A DNA stretch of 64,000 bases from Octopus vulgaris. Lineage: Eukaryota. This document shows positions 27,045 to 39,974 of the stretch, in pieces. Location: assembly GCA_951406725.2 (NCBI GenBank), contig OX597822.1:74524001-74588000 (forward strand), read 5' to 3'. Numbering within the stretch: position 1 is the first letter of the stretch; every line of letters begins with the position of its first letter. The notes under the pieces are model-generated. The model was not told the DNA's origin. It did no database searches and was given only the letters and a program-made list of their open reading frames with translations. The position numbers and the translations under genes are program-made.

Positions 27045-27076
<32 letters not shown>

Positions 27077-28324
27077 TGTGTTTGTTCCCCCAACATCGCT
27101 TGACAACCGATGCTGGTGTGTTTACGTCCCCCGTAACTTAGCGATTTGGCAAAAAGAGACCAATAGAATAAGTACCAGGTTTACAAAGAATAAGTCCAGG
27201 GATCGATTTGCTCGACTAAAGGCGGTGCTCCAGCATGGCCACAGTCAAATGACTGAAACAAGTAAAAGAGAATAGACTTACTACTTGGATACAAATTTAT
27301 GCTGACAACATTGATTATAACCAATAGAATTGAATGCTTTTGTTATATTGATATAGAGAATAACTATAGGTTTGTTACCATCAGTTTCTTTTGCCTAAAT
27401 GTTTAAACAAGAGAGCAATGGAGTGATTTAGAATAAAACCATCTTGGATAATCAATCAAAGTTTATTTTGAGTTAAACTATTTAAATTAGAGAAAAACAA
27501 CCACTTTTATATCTCTCAGTGAGAGATATGCAGTGGCCAAGTGGCTTCCATGCCGGTGGCACGTTAAATGCACCATTCGAGCATGATCGTTACCAGCATC
27601 ACCTTACTGGCATGTGAAAAAACATTCGAGCGAGGTCGTTGCCAGTGCCATTGGACTGGCTCCTGTGCAGGTGGCACATAAAAAAACACCATTTGAGCAT
27701 GGCCGTTGCCAGTACCGTCTGACAGGCCCTCGTGCCGGTGGCATGTAAAAGCACCCACTACACTCTCGGAGTGGTTGGCGTTAGGAAGGGCATCCAGCTG
27801 TAGAAACTCTGCCAGATCAAGATTGGAGCCTGGTGCAGCCATCTGGTTCGCCAGTCCTCAGTCAAATTATCCAACCCATGTTAGCATGGAAAGCAGACGT
27901 TAAATGATGATGATGAATGTGTATGTGTGTGTGAGTGGATATTTCTTTGTCTTGATTTCCCATGATAGTAGTAAATGAGTGCCACTGTTGTACAAGGGTG
28001 ACTTCCAAATCTGAGCTTCCATAAAAACATATTGAGCCAGGGGGTAAAAAAAATCGCCTTGTTTGGAAACAAGTGAAGATTGGCAACTGCGGGTGCATCT
28101 AGCCATAGAAAATTTGCATCCACAAAGTCATCTTTGTGTGTGTGTGTATATGAGTCTAGGACATTTACCCGCCTCTCCATGAATAAAAACCCCCACCCAA
28201 GGACAATAACCCCTGAGAACAACAGATGATGATTTAAAACTTCTTAGTATATTGAAGGTGGGAGGGGTTATTAACCAAACGGGTAGTTGTCATCAGGGGA
28301 ATTGTCCTGATACGATGTATATAC

Positions 28325-28363
<39 letters not shown>

Positions 28364-28368
<5 letters not shown>

Positions 28369-28527
28369 TTTATTTAAAAGCAGCAGAAATATAATAAAAG
28401 CTGTTACTCAGAGTTTCACGTTCCCATTCGTCGGACAGTTTTGTTAACAAAACTGACCAACAAATGAGAACGTGAAACTCTGAGTAACAGCTTTTGTTAT
28501 ATTTCTGCTGCTTTTAAACAAAGCATA
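28364..28527. repeat. ~164-bp indel-free palindrome centred on TTGTTAACAA (28441-28450)
   Basis: The arms pair directly with a few mismatches; each arm carries a hammerhead-like motif. Confidence 0.9.
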
Positions 28528-29272
28528 TTACTCTACCTCTGGTATTTTGAGTACTCTTTTTTTCCACCCGCGGCGGCGATGGTGGTGGGATGGCGGCTGA
28601 GGCTGCAATGATGATGATGATAATGACAATTACACCATCTCGGTTCTCTTACATCTCAAGCACTTAAGTGCTATGTAAGTCATTGTCCACATAAGTAACA
28701 TTTGTCATTATTTTTAAACGTACTATTAATCATTATATTTAGAGAGGGATTTCTCTTGGTCTCTGTGGTCTTTGACAGGATCTGATGACTACTGGAAAAA
28801 GAAGATTATTTTAATCCTAGTAGTGACTAATTTTGCACAGTGAGTACAATCAACACTGTCATTTGCTATTCCATTAACCCTTTTGTTACCAATCCAACTG
28901 AAACTGCTTCTGGCTCTGAGTACAAATGTCTTGTTTCCATAAGTTCTGAATTAAAATCTTCCACCAAACCTTAGTCACAATTTATGTTCCTAGCACTAGC
29001 TTAATGATGACTAAATTATTTTACTAAATTCTTTGTTATATTTAAAATTAATTGAAAGAAACACAGAGCATCTCAACAGAAATATGGTAACAAAAGGGTT
29101 AAAATATATAATAGAGAAACAATTCTTAACCCTTTTGGTACCAACCCAGCTGAAACCAGCTCTGACTCTGTGGTACAAATGTCTTGTTTTCATAAGTTTT
29201 GAATTAAAATCTTCCACCAAACCTTAGTCACAAAACACTGGGCATCTTAACAGAAATACAGTAACAAAAGGC

Positions 29273-29595
29273 ACAGTTCTACATTTAAGAGATGAAGAAT
29301 TATTTACATTTGACGGATATTTGTCCTCATCTTGTTTGTTGATATACCCTCAGGTGTCTTGGGGAAATTTCGAACCTGGGTTCTCATTCCTAAGGTATTT
29401 TTCGATGTTATTATTATTATTATTATTTAGGTCACTGCTTGGAATCAAACTCAGAATCTTTGGGTTAGTAGCCTGTGCTTCTAACCACTATGCCATATGC
29501 CCAAGACACCTGATGAAGGCTGGTGGGTATATCAGCCAAAACGTTGTGTTAACAACAAACAAGATAAAGACAAATATCCATCAAATGTAAATAAA
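29273..29595. mobile_element. Inverted pair of the same hammerhead element
   Basis: Tail(-), internally deleted HHR(-), tRNA-like head(-), then HHR(+) 29505-29550 with GAAA mutated to AAAA. Confidence 0.7.
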
Positions 29596-29802
29596 GTAAG
29601 GAAAGGGTTAAACATTTACCTACTTTAGATTTGTGAGCAACATACCTAATATCTCCATGGAAGTGTCGTTAAGGAACTTGCTCTGCAACCATGTAATTTG
29701 GTGTTCAGTATCATCGTGCATGAAGCACCTTGGGCAAGTCTCTTTTACAGTAGTCTCAAACTTCTTAGTTATGCAACCATACTTGTGAACTTTTTGTAGT
29801 TA

Positions 29803-29939
29803 CTAGAGGTGGCACTGCCAAATTCCCGTTTGAGATTTAAAAAAAAGAAAATAGCAAGTTTCTGATTTATAAATCAGTGACTAGTTGTCACTATGAAAAC
29901 TATATATTTCCAACAGGAATTTGGCAGTGCCACCTCTAG
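29803..29939. mobile_element. Small MITE with a perfect 24-bp TIR
   Basis: CTAGAGGTGGCACTGCCAAATTCC / GGAATTTGGCAGTGCCACCTCTAG. Confidence 0.75.
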
Positions 29940-32394
29940 CCAAACAATTATTCTGTGCTGATGAAGAGAAATAACCCAGAAATCGCGATGCACAGATATT
30001 GTTTTGAACTGAGTTGAGGTGCTAGATTCCCTTGTTCGAAAATGTAAGGACACAGATCGTGTCATATAGCCAGCTGGAGATGTCTCCTGGGGCTAAATTA
30101 CAGCAACATTAGTCCTAAACCAGGACTGCCATGTTATGTTGGCAAATAATCTTTACTACAAAGTACTGTTGCTGAATATCTCTTGTTGTGAGATTAAAAA
30201 ATAGTAATTTTCTAATATCCAAGAATGCTTACTGCATGAAACCTAAATAGTAAATTGGACATACTTGGTGTACAAAGTTCAAGATTTTTAATTGATTAAT
30301 TAAAATATATCAGCAGTGATAATAACAATAAATATCTAAATGATTAGTGGAGGTGAGTGGCTTAGTGGTTGGGGTGTTGGACTCATGATTATAAGATTGT
30401 GGTTTCAATTCCTGGACTGGGTAATGCATTGTATTCTTGAGCAAAACACTTCATTTCACATTGCTGTGGAGGTGCATGGCTTAGTGGTTAGGGTGTTGGA
30501 CTCATGATCCAAAGATTGTGGTTTCAATTCCTGGACCCATTGATGCATTGTGTTCTTGAGCAAGACACTTCATTTCACATTGCTCCAGTCCAGGCGAAAA
30601 TGAATAATCCTGCAATGGATCAGCATCCCGCCCTGGTGGGGAATATATACGCCACTGAAACCAGGAAACTGGTCCTTATGAGCCTGACATGGCTCAAGAA
30701 GGTTACATTTATTTATTTATCTAAATGATTAATGTAAGACAATTAGCTGGTAGAGTCGTTAACACACAGGGCAAAATGCTTACTGGTATTTCATACACCT
30801 TTTCACTCTGAGTTCAAATTTTGGCTAGGTCAGCTTTGCTTTTCATCTTTTCAGGGTCAATAAAATAAATACCAGTTGTGTACTGGGGTCGATGTAATTG
30901 ATTTATCCTCTCCCCTGAAATTGCTGGCCTTGTGTGAAAATTTTAAACTAATATCTAAATCATTAATGTAAAGCAACAAGCTAACAGAATCATTGTTGGG
31001 CAAAATGCTTAAAGGAATTTTGTCTATCTATACATTCTGGGTTCAAATTCCACCAAAGTCGGCATTGTTTTCCATCCTTTTGGAGTTGAAAAAATAAATT
31101 GAGTCTGAGCACTGGGGTTGATGTAACTGACTTCCCCACTTCCCCCTGAAATTGCTGACCTTGTGCCAGATTTTGAAGTTAACGTCTAAACCAGTGCTTC
31201 TCAACCAGGATCCATATGACCTCTGGGGGTTCATATAAGGCTTTTGGGGGCCCAAGCAAGGAAAATAGTAAATTGGGGACAAATGGTAGTACTTTAGGAG
31301 TCTGTGTATTTATTGCAAGAATCAGCTAGGTTTCATTCTCTGACATTTCACATCGATTAATATGTTTCTGGCCTCCGGAACATGTTCTCTCAGAGATTTC
31401 TTTTGCAAACCTCAAAGGTGCAGGAGTGGCTGTGTGGTAAGAAACTTGCTTACCTACCACATTATTCCAGGTTCAGTCCCACTGTGTGGCACATTGGGCA
31501 AGTGTCTTCTACTATAGCCTCAGGCCGACCAAAGCCCGGTGATTGGATTTGGTAGGCAAAACTGAAAGAAAACTGTCGTATATATATATATATATATAGG
31601 TGTGACTGTGTGGTAAGAAGCTTGCTTCCCAACCACATGGTTTCGAGTTCAGTCCCACTGCATAGCACCTTGGGCAAGTGTCTTCTACTATAGCCTTGTG
31701 CCAACCAAAGCCTTGAGAATGGATCTGGTTGATGGAAACTGAAAGAAACCTGTCGTATATATATATATGTTTGTGTGTCTGTATTTGTCTCCCCCCCCAT
31801 CACTTGACAACTGATGTTGGTATGTTTATGTCCCCATAACTTAGTGGTTCGGCAAAAGAGACCGATAGAATAAGTACTAGGCTTACAAAGAATAAGTCCA
31901 GGGGTTGATTGGTTTGACTAAAATTGGTGCTCCAGCATGGCTGCAGTCAAATGACTGAAACAAGTGAAAGAATAAAAGAATTTATATATATATGTGTGTG
32001 TGTATGTATGTATGTATGTATGTATCTGTCAGTCTGTGCGATGTGAGGTGAAGAGAATGGCTCATTAGTACTACATCACATGGCCATTACAATAAAGAGA
32101 AATTGAATGGAACAAATAAGTGCCAGAGGGCAAAGGAGACACAACTGCGTAGAATTATTAAGAGAACATTTATTGATATATTAACATGTGTGCGTCATGT
32201 ATACAGAATAGACAAGCCATCATGGGAACAAATTGTATGTATGTGTGAGTGTTAAGAACATATAATGATGGCAACAAGAAGGAACAGTGAAAGAGTCTCT
32301 AGCCATTGAAGTGAAGAGTAAGTTCATTGACACAAGGAAGATAATGCCAGTTCATAGTCAATAGTACACAGTAGGTGAAATGTTGAAACCCCAC

Positions 32395-32725
32395 CTCAGT
32401 CACGACACAGACCATGGGATTGCACCTGAAAAGTTACCCTCCCAGGCACAAGTCCAGGCAAGGTTATTTCTGGAAGACTAGCAGTCGCCCTTGCATACCG
32501 GCCTCCCCCCTCCACGCCACCAGTGTTATCCAAGGGAAAGGCAAAGGCCAATACAGCTTGGCACTTGTGATGTCGCAATTCATTTCTACAGCTGAGTGAA
32601 CTGGAGCAACGTGAAATAAAGTGTCTTGCTCAAGAACACAACACGCTGCCTGGTCTAGGATTCGAGCTCACAACCTCATGATCGTAAGCTCGACGCTCTA
32701 ACCACTGAGCCATGCACCTTCACAC
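32395..32725 (-). mobile_element. Third tRNA-derived SINE family
   Basis: Minus-strand head GGTGCATGGCTCAGTGGTTAGAGCG...GCTCGAATCC; related heads at 30348-30700 and 60895-61200. Confidence 0.7.
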
Positions 32726-34272
32726 TGTAGGTGAAATACTGTATCAAGAAGTTGCGGCCATGATGCTGAGCATGAAGTTGTGGCTGTGATGCTTCTGCCT
32801 GGTTCACTTGTACAGGAGTTTGTACAGGTTGTATATTCGCTGTTGATCCATGGTGAAGTAATTCACAAACAGTGAACTGTTGGAACCTGGGTGAGTTGCT
32901 TGCAGAGCTGTGTACGTAGGGATGATGTTGATGATGTTAAGAAGGACATGATAGTGGTGACGAGGACGGAGGTTGCCGTAATGCTGTTTGATGAAGTTGG
33001 CAAGTCTTAACATAACTGCTGTGGAGTTGTCACTGGAATTGGATGTATCTTTGTAGTCAGTGGCTAGATCTTAAAAGGTCTGGAACCAAAGACCTCGGAA
33101 CAAGGAAAAACTGAGTTTTTATAAGGAGCTGTAGACTTAAGCAGGGTTGTAAACAGGCTGTCCCACCTGATCCTATTTAGGGCTTCCAACTGGTTATACA
33201 GGGCAAGTTGGCACAACAGAGTAAGAGACAAATTGCATCAATGCCAACCAATCAGAGTAGTGGACACAATGTGATCCAAATAGCGGCCAAAGGCTAGCTG
33301 CTCCCTGCTACGTTCGAATGCACATATATATAATATATAGGAGAGTGGAATTTCACCTGAGTCTATGCTACATATCTATGTATTTGTGGGTCTGTGTTCG
33401 TCCCTCCACCATCGCTTGACAACCGAAGTTGGTGTGTTTGCATCCCCATAACTTAGCGGTTCAGCAAAAAGAGACCCATAGAATAAGTACAAGGCTTACA
33501 AAGAATAAATCCTGGGGTCAATTTGTTTGACAAAAGATGGTGCTCCAGCATGACTGCAGTCAAATGACTGAAACAAGTCTAAAAAAATAAAATAAAATGA
33601 ATGGATGAAAAGCAAAATTTGAAAAAAACTGTAAAATCAGTCATTAAACATCGAATGGTTTTGAGGGTCCACCAGAATAAATCGGTAATGAAAAGGGTCT
33701 ATAAGTGAAAAATGGTTGGGAATCCTTCAACTAAATGATTAGTTGTGATAACAAAGAACAAATAATTAAAAAAAAGCAAGGTGAGACAACCCCGAAAATT
33801 TCATGAAATATAGAATATAGTGAGGATCGATAAAGCAAAAAGCAAAGTAATTAGAACATTTCTATAAGAGATGAAAGTAATAACTGTACTATAAAGTAAT
33901 GCTTGTCGACACTTCAACATGACTGTTCCGTACGAACCGACCTAACTACCATTTTTGAACCCCAAAAGGGCACCTCCTCTTGCTTGTTATCAATGCAACC
34001 TGTACGTGAATGTGTCTGGGGTTATCAGTTGTGCTAGCATATTGACTCCCCTTCACATGTTATTTTTATTTAATTTTATTCTGGTGGGGTTGTCTCGGTC
34101 TTTTCTGACTATTATTGGGATCGTTCAGGTAATGATCATTTTCACTACTCAAGATATATATATATATATATATATATAAAGTTAATTCAAGCAAGAAAGC
34201 ACAAAAAAAAACACAGCAACGCGAGGACGTGGAACAAATATAGTATTATTGGACGCTCAGGAAAGAAGGAGG

Positions 34273-34307
34273 GTTTAACGTTTCGAGCGGAGCTCTTCGT
34301 CGGAAAC
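34273..34307 (-). ncRNA. Hammerhead-like motif with variant core CCGACGA (same family as 58107)
   Basis: Minus strand GUUU-CCGACGA-A-GAGC(UCC)GCUC-GAAACGUU/AAAC. Confidence 0.55.
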
Positions 34308-34455
34308 ATAGGAGAAAGAAAGATCCAGAGAAGGGAAGACAGATGGGAAAAAATCTCCAACGGTACACACGAGGTCACATTTTGAAAGACCGGAAGGAAA
34401 AGATATATATATATATATATATAATGTGATACAAGTCTTTGGTGTTGCAATTGCA

Positions 34456-34549
34456 TGCGGCTGAAGAGGGCTTTAAACTATCTGTTATGTCGATTTTACA
34501 TTGATGTAAGAATAAGTTGTTTTATAAAGCTCGAAACGTGTGTACCGCG
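34456..34549 (+). ncRNA. Minimal type I hammerhead ribozyme motif, intact core
   Basis: UGCGG-CUGAAGA-GGGCUUUA(long loop)UAAAGCUC-GAAAC-GUGU-GUA/CCGCG. Confidence 0.8.
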
Positions 34550-35467
34550 ACATCCTTTGTGTTCTGTTTTTTATTTCATTTGATACATATATCCTCTCAC
34601 CTCTGCTACTAACTGGCATATACAGGTGCTTATACTTATCAAGTATTCACCCTGAATTTATATATATATATATATATATATAAAGATATGCCGATATTTT
34701 TTATTTATTCATTGTTATTATTATTGTTTTTGCGGAGTTTCAGTAACACCCGATAATAAACAAACAGAAAAAGGAGTTGTGCTTTTTTTTTTTCTTTAAG
34801 TATTCTGTTTCGTACATGGATATTAGATTCTCGAAGATTTTCTCTTTTCTCCCCAGAATTAAATTTTTTTCTTTTTTTCTCCATATTTTATACTCCAATT
34901 CTGTCACTTTTCTTTCCCCATGAAGTACTAATAATTATTCCGAAACACTTTTTTTTTGTGTTCTTTACGGCATCAAGCAAGTATGCTACCTGTTATCTTA
35001 TAATTTTTGCTCGTATTATTGACTGTTACGAAACCATCATTAGTTTCCTCGTAGTTTGCTGTTTCTTGTAGACTAGACATGTGTAAGAAGAGATAACGCC
35101 GGTGAATGATGAGAAATATTTAAATAATAATGAAAGAGGAGTAATGAGTGAGTGAGAAAGAGAGGGGGTAGTGAAATGACAGAAAAAATAGGAAAAATTA
35201 AAAAGAATGAAAGAAGAATGAAATGAACAAAATAAAACCAAAAGGGTGTGTGAACGGAAAAAATGTAAAAGCTGCGTAAGGAGCGATGTGAATTAATGAG
35301 AAATTAGAGGGAGAGAGAGAGAGAGAGAGAGAATATGGAAATGAGAGTAAGACCAGAGAGTGAGGAAGGGTGGTGACAAAGTGAGGAAGATAGAGTAAGA
35401 GACATTTGTATCAACATATTGCAACGTTGAAGTCCTATGTTACGGACGTCGTCAAGTGCGAGAGACC

Positions 35468-35641
35468 ATGGAAACTATACCAGTCGATGAACCTTTATTT
35501 ACCAAAGTAGCATCAGATGTTCTTGGCTCAGAAGGCCCTGTCTTTGATAAATCAGGTTGTTTTTACGTTGTTGCTCCTGAAGTCGAAAAAAACAATAAAC
35601 CAGCCGGTCAGATATTGTGTGTGAATTTGAAAACAAATAAA
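35468..35641 (+). CDS. Squid-type diisopropyl-fluorophosphatase (DFPase) exon 1, 58 codons
   Basis: METIPVDEPLFTKVASDVLGSEGPVFDKSGCFYVVAPEVEKNNKPAGQIL closely resembles the Loligo DFPase N-terminus as I recall it (MEIPVIEPLFTKVTEDIPGAEGPVFDKNGDFYIVAPEVEVNGKPAGEIL); ACCATGG Kozak context; GTAAGT donor in phase 0. Confidence 0.93.
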
Positions 35642-37016
35642 GTAAGTGAAGAAAGATTTTATCGTTCGAAATCGATCATCTTTTAAAAGATATTCTTTTT
35701 TTTTTTTTTGTACATAGATAGGTTCCTAGGAAACAGAGAAGTAGGTAAGGCGGCTCTGTTTTACGTGCGGACGAAAATATAATAGGTCCAGCTGAGAATC
35801 TAAACCGGAGTTGCGGTCTTTATTTGAATAAAGCAAATACTTCTTAATGCTTTAGTTGTTGCAAAAGATCCCTGATAATCCATTACTTGGGCCTCTGACT
35901 TAATTTATACTACACGACGATTTTTTCATATGCTTTTAATTCAAGTTTCTGTGGTTGAGAACTGAGACCATTCTTAATATTGATTAGTATCTATCTATCA
36001 TTCTATCTGTCTGTCTAACCTTAATTATCTATCTATCTATCTATCTATCCACACACACACACACACATATAGACAATTAAACAAATGTATATTGTGAGAT
36101 CGAAAAAGTGGTGGATTAAAAATTCGAAGGAGAAAGTGCTTATTGTATTTCCACGTGGAAGGTTATGCAATATGAATATAGAATCAATTATATTAGTATT
36201 TATTCCGACATTCATAGTTCAGTGGTTATTCATTTCCTTGAATAGGCGCCGAATCACATCATATCACGTTTGTATGATAGAAAAGAAATTAGGTTAGTTA
36301 CGACTTCGTCAAAAAGAATTAATCATTTGAATAAAAGAGACACGGTTATCTAAACTGAAAATGCAAACGAAAATCTAAACTGGTTGTCGGTCTCGTATTT
36401 CCCGGAATTTGTGGATATCGAACAAGAATCACAGCTCTTGTTGCACTAAATTCTGAACAGTTGCCGTATTTACTCGTGTATACGTTACACCGATTTGTGC
36501 CTGATTTTATCTGAAAATACTGGGGTGCGACTTACACGCGGAGCAAAGCTAAAACTATGAAGGAAGAAAAAATTGCACCAAGATTTAGTTATGCGATTTA
36601 TGCAGTAATAACACCCGTTTGCAATGAGTTTAAAATTTGTCCGGTTTAATTTTGTCTTTCATTCTTCCGGAATCAAAGAAAAAGTGCCAGCTGTTTACAC
36701 TTTATTACATTAACCATTTCTCCTCCCCACCACCACCACCACACACACGCACACAAAAAGAAAGTGTATGGTATTACACCTCACACCGTACATATCCGGG
36801 TCGAGTGCTGGTTTAAATACCTTGTGGTAATAGTTACATTCCTTTGCGGTATAGACGTAACATTGAGGTCCCGCCTTCAAACCAGGGGGAGTTAATGCAA
36901 ACACTGAAGATACTTTCATAGAGAAAATGAAAGCACTATTATCAGCTGGTAACAATTAACAAAATTAATTTTTTTTATAAACAGAAATGTTTATAAAGGC
37001 GCAGGAGTGGCTGTGT

Positions 37017-37162
37017 GGTAAGTTTCTTGTTTACCAACCACATGGTTCCGGGTTCAGTCCCACTGCGTGACACCTTGGGCAAGGGTCTTCTACTATAGCC
37101 TCGGGACGACCAAAGCCTTGTGAGTGGATTTGGTAGACGGAAACTGAAAGAAGCCCGTCGTA

Positions 37163-37208
<46 letters not shown>

Positions 37209-37420
37209 TGTGTGTGTCTGTGTTTGTCCCCCTAGCATTGCTTGACAACCGATGCTGGTGTGTTTATGTCCCCGTTACTTAGCGGTTCGGCAAAAGAGAC
37301 CGATAGAATGAGTACTGGGCTTACAAAAGAATAAGTCCCGGGGTCGAGTTGCTCGATTAAAGGCGGTGCTCCAGCATGGCCGCAGTCAAATGACTGAAAC
37401 AAGTAAAAGAGTAAAAAGAG
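37017..37420 (+). mobile_element. tRNA-derived SINE, dominant family (representative full-length copy)
   Basis: GGCGCAGGAGTGGCTGTGTGG head with A/B-box-like motifs, central (TA)n(TG)n, 3' CAAGTAAAAGAG tail. More than 20 copies or fragments, e.g. 140-575(-), 835-1300(-), 10675-11065(+), 14235-14582(-), 19862-20212(+), 26881-27272(+), 31417-31975(+), 38938-39362(+), 39705-40135(-), 49297-49718(-), 53348-53712(+), 56170-56576(-), 56836-57266(+). Confidence 0.9.
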
Positions 37421-37649
37421 AGTGTGTGTACGTTCATTTGAAAGGGCCCTTTGTGTAATTAGTTTAAACGAGAATAATAGTATATTATGAAATGCGTAGG
37501 CGAGGGCGTAAGTCGTGTGGTAAGAAGTTTGGTTTCCAGCTAAATGATTTTCGAGTTCATTCCCAATGTATGGCACATCGAGCAAGTCTCTTCAACTACA
37601 ACCCCGGGCGGCGCGCATGACGGAGACGTGACCCGCCCACTTCCCACTT

Positions 37650-39585
37650 CATTTTTTTTTTTTTTACGGAAACTCGCGTTTTCGGCTATGGAGATTCCGA
37701 TTCTAAAAAAAAATAAATAAATAAAAGGCAAAAATCGCGACTTCAAAATTTCAGATTTATCCCCCCCCCCACTCCCCTCCTGCCATTTCTTCATTTTTTT
37801 TTTTTTTTTTTTTACTTTTTCTCAGAAACTTGGGTGTGAAATACGTAGAGAAATACAGAGATTACGATTCTGAAAACAAACTGTTTGTACATTTTCAATC
37901 TCCTCCCGCTACCCACCCACCCCAAAAAAAAATTAACCAACCCCCTTCCCCCCGATTCTACGGCCTTTATACAGGCTATCTACATGCTAGAAATAACAGC
38001 CAAATCTCACACAAACTCTTTTTTTTTTTTTTTGGCACATACGTACATACTCTGTATCGAATGCCTTGCGTTGTGCATTCCTACACAAGTGTACACCCTC
38101 GAGTTTGTTGCCTTTTAACTTTCAGAAAATTAATATTTTTTAATAAAATTGTCGACATATAGACTGCGATAAAATAATGAAAGATAAATGTAATCAATCT
38201 ATCTACACTCACGATCGCACGCATGCATATATATATATATATATATATAAACATACAAAACAATTCTAAATTGCTTATAATCATTGCCTTGATTGTCATC
38301 AACTAAGGAGTTAACATCATCACTTTTATCATCATTATCATCATCATTAAGTCTGCAGTAATTATTTTTGTGTGGTCTTTTCACTAAAAATATATAAATC
38401 ATCATCATCATCATACATCTACGTCTAACATCCATGTACCTCGCAGTACTTCAAATCCTGTGGGGGTGGTGTCAGCTCCATGCCAGTAGACAAGGGAAAG
38501 AATCTATGAGAAGGAGGTGCGGTAGTGCAGGTTTTCGTGGAGGACCAGTGTGGTTGCTAATATCTAGCAGGGGAAAAGGGTAAAGATCCCGTTTGGTCAT
38601 GAATGGCCATGAGATTACACCTAGGAAGTTCGGTCAGTATAAAGATCCTCACACGGGAACAAAACAAAAAAAAATAACCATCCTGGTGGTGGGGTGTGTT
38701 AATAAGTGTGTAGAAAACGAATATGTAAAAGCAAATGTTCACTGACGGATGGGGAGGGGAATTCGGAAAATTCGCAAGATACGATTTTTCCGTCATTTTT
38801 CACTTTTTCCATTTTTTGGGGGCGTTTTTTTTTTTTTTTTTGTGAAATACGTAGAAAAATACGAAGATTACGATTCTGGAAAAAATTTGTTTGTAAGATT
38901 TCAATTTTTCAACAAGAAAAAAAAAACAAGAATATATAGGCGCAGGAGTGGCTGTGTGGTAAGTAGCTTGCTAACCAGCCACATGGTTCCGGGTTCAGTC
39001 CCACTGCGCGGCATCTTGGGCATGTGTCTTCTACTATAGCCCCGAGCCAACCAATGCCTTGTGAGTGGATTTGGTAGACGGAAACTGAAAGAAGCCTGTC
39101 GTATATATGTATATATATGTATATATATGTATGTATGTGTGTGTATATGTTTGTGTGTCTATGTTTGTCCCTCTAGCATTGCTTGACAACCGATGCTGGT
39201 GTGTTTACGTCCCCCGTCACTTAACGGTTCGGCAAAAGAGACCGATAGAATAAGTACTGGGCTTACAAAAGAATAAGTCCCGGGGTCAAGTTGCTCGATT
39301 AAAAGGCGGTGCTCCAGCATGGCCGCAGTCAAATGACTGAATCAAGTAAAAGAGTAAAGAGTATATACCCTCAGGCCTTCAGCAGGCTATCCACATGCTA
39401 GAAATAACAGCCAAATCTATAAAAAAAACTTCGATAACATAACGAAATTTTGAAAATGCGATTTATAAAAAAAAATTTTCAGAATCGGAATCTCCATAAC
39501 CAAAAACGTGGGATTCCGTAGAAGAAAAAATCAATATATATAAAGAAGTTATGACGAAAAAATCGGATCTTGTGAATTTTGTTTT
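37650..39585. mobile_element. Nested degenerate TIR elements with direct and inverted segments, plus a SINE insertion
   Basis: 37665-37752 is inverted relative to 39445-39525; 37836-38008 is repeated at 38842-39418 (split by a SINE); TIR-like pair 38768-38795 / 39551-39580. Confidence 0.55.
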
Positions 39586-39906
39586 TTCAAATGTTTTTTC
39601 AGGGGCCCTTAAAATATTATCGTAGATCCTCAATTTATTATTTGGCTGTGTGAACCACCAAAAATCTTATGTGGACTCCGGGTGAGAATCCCTGATCTAT
39701 ACAAATACTCTTTACTCTTTTACTTGTTTCAGTCATTTGACTGCGGCCATGCTGGAGCACCGCCTTTAGTCAAGGAAATCAACCCCAGGACTTATTCTTT
39801 GTAAGCCAAGTACTTATTCTATTGGTCTCTTTTGCTGAACCGCTAAGTTACAGGGACGTAAACACACAAGCATCAGTTGTCAAGTGATGTTGGGGGGGGG
39901 GCACAG

Positions 39907-39974
<68 letters not shown>

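Noticed and set aside
32036-33324. Possible solo LTR (TGTGC...GCACA ends, internal AATAAA on the minus strand)
   Set aside because: No target-site duplication or second copy visible; cannot be supported beyond suspicion.
34988-35080. Minus-strand short ORF MSSLQETANYEETNDGFVTVNN... divergent from DFPase
   Set aside because: Only about 31 codons, weak donor (GTAGCA), no recognisable homology and no downstream exons found.
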